Notes: generated by a model not told the origin, from the sequence alone. A stretch of DNA of 60,405 nucleotides, filler included, from Candidatus Omnitrophota bacterium (GCA_023140385.1; 4 parts of 4 records of this genome joined end to end with filler, not necessarily neighbours in it), one strand, 5' to 3'. Shown: positions 18,760-29,808, numbered from the whole stretch's first letter. Numbers and translations are program-made.

Positions 18760-21147
18760 GTGAAAGCGCATGTCTCACCTATTGAGGGAAGCAAGGAAAA
18801 ATTTTCGAGGGGTAATATTTCTGACAGGGAACATTGCTGCCGAGTTAAAGCTGCTGATTGCCCTCAACCGGATACGACTGATTCTCAAAAAGGGAAAAGA
18901 CTTTTTTCAATACCACCCTGCGCCTGGAGCCGTTATCTGGGCGATGTACCATCCGGATGTTGTTCTTCCAGCCCGGACAGAGGTGTGGCCTTAGGAGGGT
19001 TTGGCGCCGGTTCTTTTATGTACAGTATAAGCGGTTCTTTTGGCCCCTGGGCGCTTAAGATTGCCGGCTATGATGAAAAATGGCTTCCCGAGGGGGCGTT
19101 CCATCTTTACGAAAAGATAGATGGAGAAGAGGCAAAGGTACGATGTCTCTCGACCAACAAAGATTTAAAAGAAGGCTGGGATAAGCTGAAGCAGGGCGAA
19201 GGAAGGTATTTTGCTCTTCAGCCAAAAGGCTGGACAACCTACGACTGTTTTGTTTCAGATGTTGCCAGTGAATTCTACTCACCCATTATTGCTCACAACT
19301 ATAAGGAAACCTCATATCCGGTCGCTGTCTGGAAATGGAAATTCGCGAATCCGACGAATAAGAGAATCAGTCTGTCGCTAATGTTTACCTGGAGCCAGCC
19401 TCCTTTTGAAGATCAGATGAGAGCGGGGTACAAAAACAGTTTCCTCAAGGCTAACGGCGTTAAGGCGGTTGTCTTAAACGCGTCAAGCCCCCGGAATAGT
19501 CCCGAGACGCAAAATACAGAGTGGTGCTTGGCAGTAAAAGAGGCGGACGGGGTGGATATTTCATACGTTACCAGTTGGAATAAGGAAAAAGACGGCCGTG
19601 ATGTATGGGATGACTTTAAGGAGAATGGCGCCTTAAGTGATAAGGCGCTTGATGGTTCAAATTCAGCGGCGGCCATCTGTTTTAAAATAGAGCTAAAGCC
19701 TAATGAAGAAAAAACAGTTCCTTTTGCTTTAGCTTGGGATTATCCTGTCTGTGAGTTTTCTGCCAGGCCGGGTAAGAGCACTCAGTGGTGGAAAAAGTAT
19801 ACCCAGCACTTTGGGCGGGAAGGCAATAAGAGCTTTGAAATTGCCTCCGAGGCGCTTAGCAACTATGTCAGCTGGGAAAAAGAGATGGATGCCTGGATGG
19901 AGCCGGTAATTGAAAATGAAAATTATCCCGAATGGCTTAAGTGCGCGGCTTTTAATGAACTCTACTACTCTCAATTCGGCGGCTGTTTTTATGAAGCTGG
20001 TTTAAAATCGGGTCACAATGGAAAATATCCGGGTAAGCGTAGGGATGACAATAAATACTTTATTATGGAATGCATGATGTACCCTTTCTGCAATACCTTT
20101 GACGTTCGCCATTATTCATCTATTATCTATGCCAAATTCTGGCCGCGGATAGAAAAAGAGATACTTCTCTCATGGGCGGACGCGATATTAAATGAACCTG
20201 AAAATCAAACTCCCCATGACTGCGGCGGGCCGCGGACAGATCCGTACTTTACCTGGGATAATTATGGTACCAATAAGCTGCACTGGAAAGACCTTCACTC
20301 AAAGTTTATCCAGCAGATATGGCGCTACTATTATCTCTATAAAGACGGGGATTTTTTGAATTATGTCTGGCCGGCCTGTAAGGCGACATATGAGTATATG
20401 AAGAAGACCGATACTGACGGCGATTGTTTGCCCAACAACAAAGGCTCGGATAATACTTATGATGCCTGGGGTCTCTGGGGCACATCGCTTCTTTGCGGCG
20501 GCCTCTGGGTGGGAGCGCTTCAGACTATGGAGCGGATAGCGGAAATTAAAAAAGACGGCATCTTAAAGGAAGTAAGAGAGTGGCTGAAAAAGGCCGGAAA
20601 GAATCTGGATGAAAAGCTCTGGTATGAAAAGCGCGGCTACTATAAAATAGATACAGAAAGCAAATATCCGACGGCTATTATGGCAGACGGTTTAAATGGC
20701 CAGCGCTACTGTGAAGCTTATGGCCTGGAAGATATCCTGCCCGGCGAGCGGTTGAAGTTACATCTTAGGCAGGTTTTTGAACGCAATGTAGTGCCCTTAA
20801 AGGACTATAACGGCGATGGCATAGGTGATTGCGGCGCCATAAACGGTATTAGGGAAGATGGAGGCTGTATTGGTTCCAAGGAGCAGGCGGAAGAGATATG
20901 GACAGGCGCAAGCTATTTTTTGGCGGCTTCTATGTATCATGCCGGCTTAAAAGAAGAGGCGCTTAAAACAGCCTTTGGAATTTATTATATAACCTATGAA
21001 GAAGAATCAACGGCCTATTGGTTTAATACTCCGGAAGCCTGGCGCAATGGCGGCACACAGCCCAGGCCTACACATCCCGAGCAGTATCAGAGGCCGCGCG
21101 CTGTCTGGGAGTTAATATTTGAGATAAATGACCCTTACATAAAATAA
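18760..21147 (+). CDS. Glycoside hydrolase family 116 (GBA2-like beta-glucosidase)
   Basis: GVALGGFGAG, SPIIAHNYKETSYPV, NELYY, TFDVRHY, PHDCG, DNTYDAW, EEIWTG, FNTPEAW; start codon uncertain. Confidence 0.88.
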   Translation: MKAHVSPIEGSKEKFSRGNISDREHCCRVKAADCPQPDTTDSQKGKRLFSIPPCAWSRYLGDVPSGCCSSSPDRGVALGGFGAGSFMYSISGSFGPWALKIAGYDEKWLPEGAFHLYEKIDGEEAKVRCLSTNKDLKEGWDKLKQGEGRYFALQPKGWTTYDCFVSDVASEFYSPIIAHNYKETSYPVAVWKWKFANPTNKRISLSLMFTWSQPPFEDQMRAGYKNSFLKANGVKAVVLNASSPRNSPETQNTEWCLAVKEADGVDISYVTSWNKEKDGRDVWDDFKENGALSDKALDGSNSAAAICFKIELKPNEEKTVPFALAWDYPVCEFSARPGKSTQWWKKYTQHFGREGNKSFEIASEALSNYVSWEKEMDAWMEPVIENENYPEWLKCAAFNELYYSQFGGCFYEAGLKSGHNGKYPGKRRDDNKYFIMECMMYPFCNTFDVRHYSSIIYAKFWPRIEKEILLSWADAILNEPENQTPHDCGGPRTDPYFTWDNYGTNKLHWKDLHSKFIQQIWRYYYLYKDGDFLNYVWPACKATYEYMKKTDTDGDCLPNNKGSDNTYDAWGLWGTSLLCGGLWVGALQTMERIAEIKKDGILKEVREWLKKAGKNLDEKLWYEKRGYYKIDTESKYPTAIMADGLNGQRYCEAYGLEDILPGERLKLHLRQVFERNVVPLKDYNGDGIGDCGAINGIREDGGCIGSKEQAEEIWTGASYFLAASMYHAGLKEEALKTAFGIYYITYEEESTAYWFNTPEAWRNGGTQPRPTHPEQYQRPRAVWELIFEINDPYIK

Positions 21148-21150
21148 AAT

Positions 21151-21921
21151 ATGAAACTATTTGATACTCACGTTCACTTAAACCAGATAGAAGACATTGA
21201 CGGCGCCTTAAAAAGAGCAAAGGAAGCGGGCGTTGATAAGATACTGATAGCCGGCCTTAACTTAGAGTCCAACAGGCGGATTATCGAACTTTATAATGCC
21301 CACAAAGAGTATAATCTCTATCCGGCGCTGGGCATTCATCCCTTCCTGCCTGAGGAAAAGACCCTTGAAGAGGTTTGCGCGTTAATAAAAAGCCATAGAG
21401 ATGATATCGCGGCTGTCGGTGAAATCGGGCTTGATTATTGGTATAAAGAGGCCAGAAAAAAAGGGGAAGGAAGAGATTTGCAGAGGGAGCTCTTTACCGC
21501 CCAACTTGAGCTTGCCGGAGAGCTTGACAAGCCGGTTATCATTCATTCGCGTGGCGCCTGGAGCGACTGCCTCAGTCTTGTCAGAGAATATCAGCTAAAG
21601 CAGGTTCTTTTTCATTGGTATACAGGCCCGGTAGATATTTTGAAAGAGATTTTAAATGAAGGTTTTTATATTTCTCTCTCTCCCTCACTTGAATACTCCA
21701 AAGATGCCCAGGCCGCGGCCAAAGAGGCGCCGCTTGAGAGGATACTCCTTGAGACGGATTCACCTGTTTCTTATAAATCTCCCGGCGGCAGGTATGTTTC
21801 TGAGCCGAAGGATGCCGTCAGGGTTTTAAAAAAGCTTTCTGAGTTAAAAGAAGTGGATGAGGAAAAAGTTGCCGGTATAATTTATAAGGCGAGCTGTACT
21901 TTTTTTAACATTGTAGAATGA
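21151..21921 (+). CDS. tatD: TatD family metallohydrolase/DNase
   Basis: DTHVH, GIHP, GEIGLDY, IIHSR, LETDSP. Confidence 0.93.
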   Translation: MKLFDTHVHLNQIEDIDGALKRAKEAGVDKILIAGLNLESNRRIIELYNAHKEYNLYPALGIHPFLPEEKTLEEVCALIKSHRDDIAAVGEIGLDYWYKEARKKGEGRDLQRELFTAQLELAGELDKPVIIHSRGAWSDCLSLVREYQLKQVLFHWYTGPVDILKEILNEGFYISLSPSLEYSKDAQAAAKEAPLERILLETDSPVSYKSPGGRYVSEPKDAVRVLKKLSELKEVDEEKVAGIIYKASCTFFNIVE

Positions 21922-21998
21922 AGCTGAAAAATGGTTGACGATTGTCGTACGATATGATTTTACACTCTAACTTAAAGGTATATTGAAAGTTAAAACCT

Positions 21999-22975
21999 GT
22001 GTTAAAGATAGGAAACCTCAAATTGCATTCTCCGCTTATTCTCGCGCCCTTATCCGGGGTTAGCAATTTGCCCTTTCGGATGATTAGCCGGGATTATGGT
22101 TGTGAATTGGCGTTTTGTGAAATGATAAGCGCCCGCGCCCTTGTTTATAATAAGGTAAAAACCAAGCAGATGATTGTTTCATCCAGAGGCGACAGGCCCT
22201 TGGGGGTACAGCTTTTGGCGGATGACACTGAAATCATTAAAAGGGCGCTGGATATACTCGGGCCTCATAAGTTTGACCTTATTGATTTGAACGCCGGTTG
22301 TCCCGCTCCCAAGGTAGCTAAGAAAGGGCAGGGGGCGGGGCTTTTAANNNNNNNNNNNNNNNNNNNNNNNNNNNNNNNNNNNNNNNNNNNNTTAATTAAT
22401 TAANNNNNNNNNNNNNNNNNNNNNNNNNNNNNNNNNNNNNNNNNNNNTGGTGCGACAAGTCGGTTAACGCCAGAGAGGTTGCTCTTATTTGTCAGGAGGC
22501 GGGAGCAAAGGCAATATTTATTCACGGCCGTACCAGAAGCCAGGGATACCGGGGAAAAGTTAATTATCAGGTAATTAGGGAAGTAAAAGAAGCGGTGGTT
22601 ATTCCTGTTATAGGCAGTGGAGATATATTTGATGCCCTGTCAGCCAAAAAGATGCTTGATGAAACAGGGTGCGACGCCCTGTTAGCGGCCAGAGGGTCTT
22701 TAGGCAATCCTTGGATATTTAAGGAGATAGAGGAGTATTTAAAGTACGGGAGAGTTCGCGAGAAACCGGCGATAGAGGAGGTTGTCTCGGTAATGAAAAA
22801 ACACCTCAAGCTGTGCGTAGAATTCTTCGGTGAGAGAATAGGAGTTGTAATATTCAGAAAGTACTTTGTCTGGTATACCAAGGGGTTTCATCATATCAGG
22901 CATCTGAGAAAGGAAGCCTTTACGACAGAAGATAAAGAGGGAATGTTAAAGGTTATAGAAAAAGTATTGAGTTAA
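21999..22975 (+). CDS. dusB: tRNA-dihydrouridine synthase (DusB-like), interrupted by an assembly gap
   Basis: LAPLSGVSNLPFR and DLNAGCPAPKV before the gap; IFIHGRTR, VIGSGDI, ARGSLGNPWIF after it. Confidence 0.9.
22348..22447. other. Assembly spacer
   Basis: N44-TTAATTAATTAA-N44, stops in all six frames. Confidence 0.98.
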
Positions 22976-23108
22976 GCGGGGTTTTGTAGTAAAATAAAAA
23001 AATAGCAGTCTTTTTAAGCAAAAAACGTAAAAAAGCATTGACTAAAAGGTATTTTGTAGTAAAATAACCGAAACTAAAAAGTGTATTAATAACAGGAGGT
23101 TGATTATT

Positions 23109-24158
23109 ATGACAAACGTAAAAGAACTCTTGGGGCAAGAGGCGAAAAATTTACTGGAGCACAAATGTACCACAATTCCAAAAGAGAACATTCATCTGCC
23201 GGGGCCTGATTATATTGACAGAATTTTTATTAACTCTGACAGGCCAATAAACGTTTTAAGAAATTTACAGTCTCTTTTTAATCACGGTAGGTTGGGCGGC
23301 ACAGGCTATCTTTCCATACTTCCTGTAGACCAGGGCATTGAACATACCGCCGCCTCTTCGTTTTCGCCCAATCCGGTTTACTTTGACCCGGAGGGTATTG
23401 TTAAGCTGGCGGTTGAAGGCGGCTGTAACGCGGTCGCTTCTACCTTAGGTGTTCTGGGTATGATGAGCCGTAAATACGCTCACAAGATACCTTTTATCGT
23501 CAAGATTAACCACAACGAACTTTTAAGTTATCCTGCCATTTACGACCAGAGGTTGTTTGCTTCTGTGGAGCAGGCCTTTGATATGGGCGCTGTAGGTATA
23601 GGGGCTACTATTTACTTTGGCTCAGAAGAGTCACGCCGGCAGATAGAAGAGATATCTGCCGCTTTTGAAAAGGCCCATCAGATGGGCATGCTGACCATCC
23701 TCTGGTGTTATTTAAGAAATGAGGGCTTCAAGAAGGATGGTGTGGACTATCATACGGCCGCTGATTTAACCGGCCAGGCCAATCATTTGGGAGTTACTAT
23801 CCAGGCTGATATAATTAAACAAAAACTTCCTACCAATAATGGCGGTTTTACAGCTATTAATTTTTCTAAAACCAGTCCTCTGGTTTATGACAAATTAACT
23901 TCAGATAACCCGATAGACCTGACCAGATACCAGGTAGCCAACTGTTATATGGGCAGGATTGGCTTGATTAACTCAGGCGGCGCTTCGGGTAAAAACGACC
24001 TGCAGGAGGCGGTAACGACGGCCGTTATCAATAAAAGGGCCGGCGGTATGGGGCTTATCTCAGGCCGAAAGGCTTTTCAGAAGCCGCTTAAAGAAGGCAT
24101 AGAAATACTAAACGCCATTCAGGACGTTTATCTTGATAAAGATATTACTATAGCCTAA
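23109..24158 (+). CDS. fbaB: Class I fructose-bisphosphate aldolase (FbaB/DhnA)
   Basis: [25 protein letters not shown] (Schiff-base Lys), [10 protein letters not shown]. Confidence 0.96.
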   Translation: MTNVKELLGQEAKNLLEHKCTTIPKENIHLPGPDYIDRIFINSDRPINVLRNLQSLFNHGRLGGTGYLSILPVDQGIEHTAASSFSPNPVYFDPEGIVKLAVEGGCNAVASTLGVLGMMSRKYAHKIPFIVKINHNELLSYPAIYDQRLFASVEQAFDMGAVGIGATIYFGSEESRRQIEEISAAFEKAHQMGMLTILWCYLRNEGFKKDGVDYHTAADLTGQANHLGVTIQADIIKQKLPTNNGGFTAINFSKTSPLVYDKLTSDNPIDLTRYQVANCYMGRIGLINSGGASGKNDLQEAVTTAVINKRAGGMGLISGRKAFQKPLKEGIEILNAIQDVYLDKDITIA

Positions 24159-24907
24159 ACGGATTTACCTTGGTTGGCGACCGCCGATATCTGTTTTTGG
24201 ATGGCTTCCTGATCTCCCAGATAGTAATGTTTGATAGGTTTTAAATCGTCGTCCAGTTCATAAACTAACGGAATGCCCGTCGGAATATTTAGTTTTACGA
24301 TCTCCTCATCAGGGACATTGTCCAGATACTTTACCAGAGCGCGCAAGCTGTTGCCGTGGGCGGCGATAATAACCTTTTTACCTTCTTTAATAGCCGGAGC
24401 AATGGTGTTTTCCCAGTAAGGGACAAATCTGGCCACCGTATCTTTTAGACACTCAGTTAGAGGCAGTTCTTCTTCTGTCAGGTCCTGATAGCGCGGGTCG
24501 TTCCCCGGATAACGTTCATCTAACTTTTCCAATACCGGAGGCGGCACATCGTAACTTCTGCGCCAGACGAGAACCTGTTCGTCACCGTACTTTTTGGCGG
24601 TTTCCGCTTTATTCAGTCCCTGCAGAGCGCCGTAGTGCCTTTCGTTTAAGCGCCAGGAGCGGTAGACCGGTATCCACATAAGATCCATACCCTTAAGAAC
24701 TATCCAAAGAGTTCTGATGGCCCTTTTTAAGACAGACGTGTAGGCGACGTCAAAGGTAAAACCTTCATCCGTCAGAGTTTTAATAGCGGCTCTGGCTTCT
24801 TCAATACCCTTTACGGACAAGTCAACGTCAGTCCAGCCCGTAAACCTGTTTTCCTTGTTCCAAGTACTTTCACCGTGCCTCAAAAGCAGTACCTTTTTAA
24901 TTCCCAT
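24155..24907 (-). CDS. gpmA: 2,3-bisphosphoglycerate-dependent phosphoglycerate mutase
   Basis: [34 protein letters not shown]. Confidence 0.97.
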   Translation of the reverse strand: MGIKKVLLLRHGESTWNKENRFTGWTDVDLSVKGIEEARAAIKTLTDEGFTFDVAYTSVLKRAIRTLWIVLKGMDLMWIPVYRSWRLNERHYGALQGLNKAETAKKYGDEQVLVWRRSYDVPPPVLEKLDERYPGNDPRYQDLTEEELPLTECLKDTVARFVPYWENTIAPAIKEGKKVIIAAHGNSLRALVKYLDNVPDEEIVKLNIPTGIPLVYELDDDLKPIKHYYLGDQEAIQKQISAVANQGKSV

Positions 24908-25007
24908 AACAAACCACTCCTCTTTTAACCTAAATTTAACTTAAATCATATCCATCTTACTACTTTTTACCCTTTTTGCAACTAAAAACAATTATTGAAA
25001 TGACTAA

Positions 25008-25032
25008 TTGTTCCACCGCGTAGGTGGAACAA
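25008..25032. repeat. Perfect 10-bp-stem palindrome (REP-like)
   Basis: TTGTTCCACC-GCGTA-GGTGGAACAA between divergent gpmA and higB; no U-tract. Confidence 0.6.
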
Positions 25033-25081
25033 GGTTCTAGGGCCGGTGGCTTAGTTTTACAGGTAGGCGTGATAATAATGT

Positions 25082-25110
25082 TTGACAATAATAACGTTTG
25101 ATGTTATCAT
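25082..25110 (+). promoter_or_regulatory. higBA promoter with overlapping operator; leaderless transcript
   Basis: TTGACA-17-TATCAT, 6 nt before the ATG; ATAAC-N7-GTTAT inverted repeat between the boxes. Confidence 0.75.
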
Positions 25111-25116
25111 ACCTAT

Positions 25117-25398
25117 ATGATCAAATCATTTAAATGCAAGGAAACAGAAAAGATATTTCACCGTGAATTTTCAAGAAAGCTTCCGCGGAATATTCAGAGA
25201 ATTGCAATGCGAAAATTATGGATTCTTGATGCCGCGGCTGATTTGAATGACTTAAGAATACCAACATCAAACCGTTTAGAAACTTTAAAAAGTAATCGAA
25301 CGGGACAGCATAGTATTAGAATTAATAAGCAATGGAGAATTCGTTTTAAATGGCATGATGGTAGCGCGCGTAGTGTTGAAATAGTAGATTACCATTAG
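25117..25398 (+). CDS. higB: HigB/RelE-family toxin (plasmid maintenance killer protein)
   Basis: MIKSFKCKETEKIF, NRLETLK, GQHSIRINKQWRI, VEIVDYH. Confidence 0.95.
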   Translation: MIKSFKCKETEKIFHREFSRKLPRNIQRIAMRKLWILDAAADLNDLRIPTSNRLETLKSNRTGQHSIRINKQWRIRFKWHDGSARSVEIVDYH

Positions 25399-25411
25399 GG
25401 AGGTGATAGAA

Positions 25412-25723
25412 ATGAATAGAAAAACAATAAAACCAATGCATCCGGGGGAAATTCTTTTGGAAGAGTTTCTTAAGCCGATGGAGATTACTCAATACCGTAT
25501 CGCGAAAGAGATCAATGTGCCCGCGCGAAGAATAAATGAAATTGTCCATGGGACAAGGTCTATCTCTGCTAATACAGCTTTGCGGTTTGGAAAATATTTT
25601 AATATGTCTCCGCAGTTTTGGCTTAATCTTCAATCACATTATGATCTGGAAGTTGAAGAAGATAGAATAGGCAAAAAAATTAATAAAGAAATTAATTCGT
25701 TGGCAATGACATACACTGCTTAA
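25412..25723 (+). CDS. higA: HigA antitoxin (HTH XRE)
   Basis: HPGEILLEEFL, RRINEIVHG, FWLNLQSHYDL; GGAGG RBS. Confidence 0.95.
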   Translation: MNRKTIKPMHPGEILLEEFLKPMEITQYRIAKEINVPARRINEIVHGTRSISANTALRFGKYFNMSPQFWLNLQSHYDLEVEEDRIGKKINKEINSLAMTYTA

Positions 25724-25819
25724 CAATTGCTTTTATCTGATGTTGAACACGCGCTTGCGGTCCCGCCTTTGGCGGGAATATTATGCTTGAGCGCCGCGAG
25801 TGAAACAGGGGAGTTAGCA
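25717..25819 (+). mobile_element. Degenerate integron attC-like site
   Basis: GCTTAAC overlapping the higA stop and GTTAGCA about 100 nt later, just before the next ATG; partially complementary inner boxes TGCTTTTATC / GAGTGAAACA. Confidence 0.45.
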
Positions 25820-25828
25820 GGAGTATAA

Positions 25829-26545
25829 ATGGAAATCATTTTGAAAATAGTGCTGTATTCTTCTCTTTCCGGAATTACAGTATTTTTGGGAGGGCTCCTT
25901 TCAAGGTTGTTTGAGAGACATTTTCGGAAAGGACTTATAAAGGAAGGGGCTCTTCATACATCAATCGCGTTTGGCGGAGGGATAATAATTGCTGCTGTCG
26001 CGTTCGTTCTGGCGCCGGAAGGCATGAAGGTGTTGTCTCTTGTACCAATGGCATTACTATTCTTAGCAGGAGCAATTGCTTTCTTTTTCTTAGATAGGTA
26101 TATAGAAAAGAAAGGCGGGACAGTTTCTCAGCTACTTGCAATGTTAATGGATTTTATTCCGGAAGCTATCGCGTTAGGCGCGGTATTCGCTGCTGACCAT
26201 AATTTGGGCTTGTTATTGGCAATCTTTATCGGCCTTCAAAATTTACCGGAATCATTCAACGCGTATTTGGATTTGCGCGATAATGGTTATACTTCAAACA
26301 AATGTTTGCTCATCTTATTTTGTCTAAGTTTTTCGGGAATCTTCGCCGCCGTTTCAGGATATTATTTGCTGAGTAATATGCCGCAGCTTACAGCATCGTT
26401 GATGCTGTTTTCCAGCGGCGGGATACTCTACTTAATATTTCAGGATATCGCGCCAATGTCTAAACTACAAAAAAGTTGGTTTCCCGCGCTTGGCGTAAAC
26501 GTTGGTTTTCTTGTTGGAATGATTGGGCAGAAATTATTGGGATAA
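25829..26545 (+). CDS. ZIP/ZupT-family divalent metal transporter
   Basis: About 8 TMs; MDFIPEAIALG, IGLQNLPESFN, GGILYLIFQDIAP. Confidence 0.85.
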   Translation: MEIILKIVLYSSLSGITVFLGGLLSRLFERHFRKGLIKEGALHTSIAFGGGIIIAAVAFVLAPEGMKVLSLVPMALLFLAGAIAFFFLDRYIEKKGGTVSQLLAMLMDFIPEAIALGAVFAADHNLGLLLAIFIGLQNLPESFNAYLDLRDNGYTSNKCLLILFCLSFSGIFAAVSGYYLLSNMPQLTASLMLFSSGGILYLIFQDIAPMSKLQKSWFPALGVNVGFLVGMIGQKLLG

Positions 26546-26662
26546 TTTATCCCGCGAACCACGCTCCGCCCATTGCTCCGGATTTTTCGTATTTACATTT
26601 TCGCTATTGTTGCTATAATATCTTTAAAAGACAATTCAATTCTTACCCATATAGGAGTTGTT

Positions 26663-28315
26663 ATGTTAAAGAAGATTGATCCCACGAAAACTAAAGCCTG
26701 GAAGAAACTGAAGGTCCACTATGAGGTTATGAAGAGCAAGCATATGAAAGATATGTTTGCTGAAGATGGCGAGAGGTTTTCTGGGTTTTCGCTGAAGTTT
26801 GAAGATATACTGGTGGATTATTCAAAAAACATCATTACCCGGGAGACGCTCGAGCTTCTTCTGGAGCTTGCCGATGAAATAGGTTTAAAAGACGCGATAA
26901 AAAGGATGTTCTCAGGCGATGAGATAAATGAGACAGAACACAGGGCCGTTCTTCACACCGCTTTGAGGAGCTGCTCCGGTAAGGCGGTTGCGGCGGCCGG
27001 TAAAAACGTAATGCCTGAAGTGAATGCTGTCCTTGAACAGATGAGGCTATTTTCCAACAAGATTAACTCCAAAAAGTGGAGAGGCTATACGGGCAAGGTT
27101 ATAACCGATATCGTTAATATCGGAATAGGCGGTTCTGACTTAGGCCCCGTAATGGTTACCGAAGCGCTCAAGACCTATAAGAAAAAGGATATTAATGTTC
27201 ACTTTGTCTCCAATGTTGACGCGACTCATATCGCGGAAACGCTTAAATGTCTGCATCCTGAGAAAACGATTTTTCTGATTGCCTCAAAGACCTTTGCCAC
27301 CCAGGAGACTATGTCCAATGCTCATACTGCCAGGCGCTGGTTTCTGGGCGTGGCCAAAGACAAAAGGTATATTAAGAAACACTTTATTGCCATCTCGACC
27401 AACAAGGAAAAAGTAGTGGAGTTTGGCATCGAGGCGCAAAATATGTTTCGTTTCTGGGACTGGGTAGGCGGCCGCTACTCTCTCTGGTCGGCGATAGGGC
27501 TTTCGATTGCCTGCGCCGTAGGGTTTAAAAATTTTAAAGAAATGCTTGAGGGTGCTTATGCTATGGATAGGCATTTTCAAAGGGCGGCCTTTGAAAAAAA
27601 CATTCCGGTTATTTTGGCGTTAATCGGTATTTGGTACAACAACTTTTTTAAGGCTGAGTCCCATGCTATACTTCCTTATGACCAGTATCTGCACAGGTTA
27701 GCGGCCTACTTACAGCAGGCGGATATGGAAAGTAACGGCAAGTGTGTTGACAGAGTCGGTTGTAAGGTTAAGCATCAGACGGGGCCGGTTATTTGGGGGG
27801 AGCCGGGTACCAATGGACAGCATGCCTTTTATCAGCTGATACACCAGGGAACAAAACTGATTCCCTGTGATTTTTTGGCTCCTGCCGTCAGCCATAACCC
27901 TATCGGTGAGCACCATAAAATTCTCTTATCCAATTTCTTTGCCCAGACAGAAGCGCTGATGAAGGGAAAGGCCGAGGAAGAGGTCGTCAAAGAATTAAGA
28001 GAAGAAGGCAAGGCGGACGAAGAAATTGCGAAGCTTCTTCCCTTTAAAGTTTTTGGGGGCAACAAGCCGACTAATTCCATACTTTTTAAAAAGCTCACCC
28101 CCAGAACTTTAGGTAGTTTGATCGCGATGTACGAGCATAAGATATTTACCCAGGGGGTTATCTGGAATATATTCAGCTTTGACCAGTGGGGGGTTCAGCT
28201 TGGTAAACAATTGGCAAGCTCAATACTTCCTGAACTGGATGATGATAAAGGGACTACCTTGCATGATTCATCTACTAATGGATTAATTAACACCTATAAA
28301 AAATTAAGAAAATAA
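26663..28315 (+). CDS. pgi: Glucose-6-phosphate isomerase
   Basis: [55 protein letters not shown]. Confidence 0.97.
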   Translation: MLKKIDPTKTKAWKKLKVHYEVMKSKHMKDMFAEDGERFSGFSLKFEDILVDYSKNIITRETLELLLELADEIGLKDAIKRMFSGDEINETEHRAVLHTALRSCSGKAVAAAGKNVMPEVNAVLEQMRLFSNKINSKKWRGYTGKVITDIVNIGIGGSDLGPVMVTEALKTYKKKDINVHFVSNVDATHIAETLKCLHPEKTIFLIASKTFATQETMSNAHTARRWFLGVAKDKRYIKKHFIAISTNKEKVVEFGIEAQNMFRFWDWVGGRYSLWSAIGLSIACAVGFKNFKEMLEGAYAMDRHFQRAAFEKNIPVILALIGIWYNNFFKAESHAILPYDQYLHRLAAYLQQADMESNGKCVDRVGCKVKHQTGPVIWGEPGTNGQHAFYQLIHQGTKLIPCDFLAPAVSHNPIGEHHKILLSNFFAQTEALMKGKAEEEVVKELREEGKADEEIAKLLPFKVFGGNKPTNSILFKKLTPRTLGSLIAMYEHKIFTQGVIWNIFSFDQWGVQLGKQLASSILPELDDDKGTTLHDSSTNGLINTYKKLRK

Positions 28316-28326
28316 GAGATAGAGCT

Positions 28327-29019
28327 ATGATTAGGATTCTAAAAAAAACCGCTTATATGTTTGTCATTCTGTTAATTATTATAGCCGGTGGTTACGGTTA
28401 TAATAATGTACGAAAGCATCTTTATGAAAACAGGCAGTTAAAGGAAGTAATCAGACGCCTTGAAGCGGACTCAAGGGCGGCCGATGTGCTGGTGACCAAA
28501 GTTTGCTATGATGAGAATGCGGGGCAGAACCTGACTACTATAAAATTTTTAGAATATGATACGGAAGAAAAGCCGCTTGAACCCAGATATTTTACCTTTT
28601 CCGGAAACATCATCCAGTTTCAATCACTGGTCGTTAGATTTGATGATATCCACATTAGAAGCAAAGATAGGTTGAAGGGTAAAAGTGCCTATTTATTCTG
28701 GAAGGTATTTATGCTGGACGGCCCTGATACACAGGAGTATGAGCTTGTCAGTATGAACGAGATTCCCGCGGGCTACAAGATAGAAGGGATAGAGAGCGAA
28801 GCGGAAAAGAGATTGTGGGAGTGTTTTTGGCAGTACGCTTTAAATCCGGCTGAGGCCGAAAAAAGAGGAATAAAAAACGCCCAGATAGAAGCGCCCGGGA
28901 CAATGTTTGTTCCGGGGACTATTTATACCCTCAAAATTGAGCATGACGGCGGCCTGAGAATAGATGCCAAACCGCTTCCGGATATTTTAAGGGGAGAGAC
29001 CATCCCTCAGGTGGATTAA
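28327..29019 (+). CDS. Hypothetical membrane-anchored protein
   Basis: N-terminal TM, short coiled coil, globular domain; 230-aa ORF directly after pgi. Confidence 0.7.
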   Translation: MIRILKKTAYMFVILLIIIAGGYGYNNVRKHLYENRQLKEVIRRLEADSRAADVLVTKVCYDENAGQNLTTIKFLEYDTEEKPLEPRYFTFSGNIIQFQSLVVRFDDIHIRSKDRLKGKSAYLFWKVFMLDGPDTQEYELVSMNEIPAGYKIEGIESEAEKRLWECFWQYALNPAEAEKRGIKNAQIEAPGTMFVPGTIYTLKIEHDGGLRIDAKPLPDILRGETIPQVD

Positions 29020-29102
29020 TATTTCTTGACGATATATGTTTTTTGGGTGTAATATGTTATTAGTTATCTAAGGCATAAACTTAAAAAAAAGGGGGGTTTT
29101 TA

Positions 29103-29780
29103 ATGAAAAAGTTTATCTCGTGCTGTTTAGTGGCAATATGTGTCATTTCTTTATCTACAATGGCATTTGCGGAGGATAAATGGGATAATCTTTTGGTGGA
29201 GTCTGCTAAGGTTTTTGAAGAGATGACAGAGATGCCGGAGACGGGTATACCTTCAGGGCTTTTAGAGGACTGTTACGCGGTAGCTATCTTTCCCAATACT
29301 ATCGAAGGAGGTTTTATAATCGGTGCTCAATACGCTCAGGGTATTATCATTGCCAAAGATAAAAAAACAGGCGCGTGGAGCGCCCCGGCGGTCTTTAATC
29401 TTAAAGGCGGCTCCTTTGGCTGGCAAGTCGGAGGACAGGCAACGGATAATATACTTCTTATTATGAGTGAGCGCGGCCTGGACGGGCTTTTAAGGAGCAA
29501 GTTTAAACTGGGCGCTGACGCCGCTATCTCGGCTGGCCCTTTAGGAAGAGACGCCGCGGCTTCAACTGACGCTCAGCTAAAAGGCGGTATACTTTCTTAT
29601 TCGAGAAGCAGGGGGGCCTTTATAGGCCTGAAGCTTGACGGCTCTGCCGTTACGTTTAATAAGAAAGCAAACAAGGCTCTCTATGGAAAAGGAAAGACGG
29701 CTGATGACATCCTTATCAAAAAGAACGTTAAGCCGACCTCTTACTCCGACAGGTTAATGAAAAACCTGAAAAAGTACTAA
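29103..29780 (+). CDS. Lipid-binding SYLF/YSC84 domain protein, exported
   Basis: Signal peptide; GGFIIG, WSAP, GGSFGWQVGGQ, AGPLGR, SYSRSRG. Confidence 0.9.
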   Translation: MKKFISCCLVAICVISLSTMAFAEDKWDNLLVESAKVFEEMTEMPETGIPSGLLEDCYAVAIFPNTIEGGFIIGAQYAQGIIIAKDKKTGAWSAPAVFNLKGGSFGWQVGGQATDNILLIMSERGLDGLLRSKFKLGADAAISAGPLGRDAAASTDAQLKGGILSYSRSRGAFIGLKLDGSAVTFNKKANKALYGKGKTADDILIKKNVKPTSYSDRLMKNLKKY

Positions 29781-29808
29781 TAATATTAAAAATATAATAT
29801 AAACGGGT

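Noticed and set aside
18770..18994. Alternative ATG ORF overlapping the GH116 start (possible frameshift)
   Set aside because: The GH116 frame is open throughout, so no frameshift is needed, and the alternative ORF has no recognisable motif.
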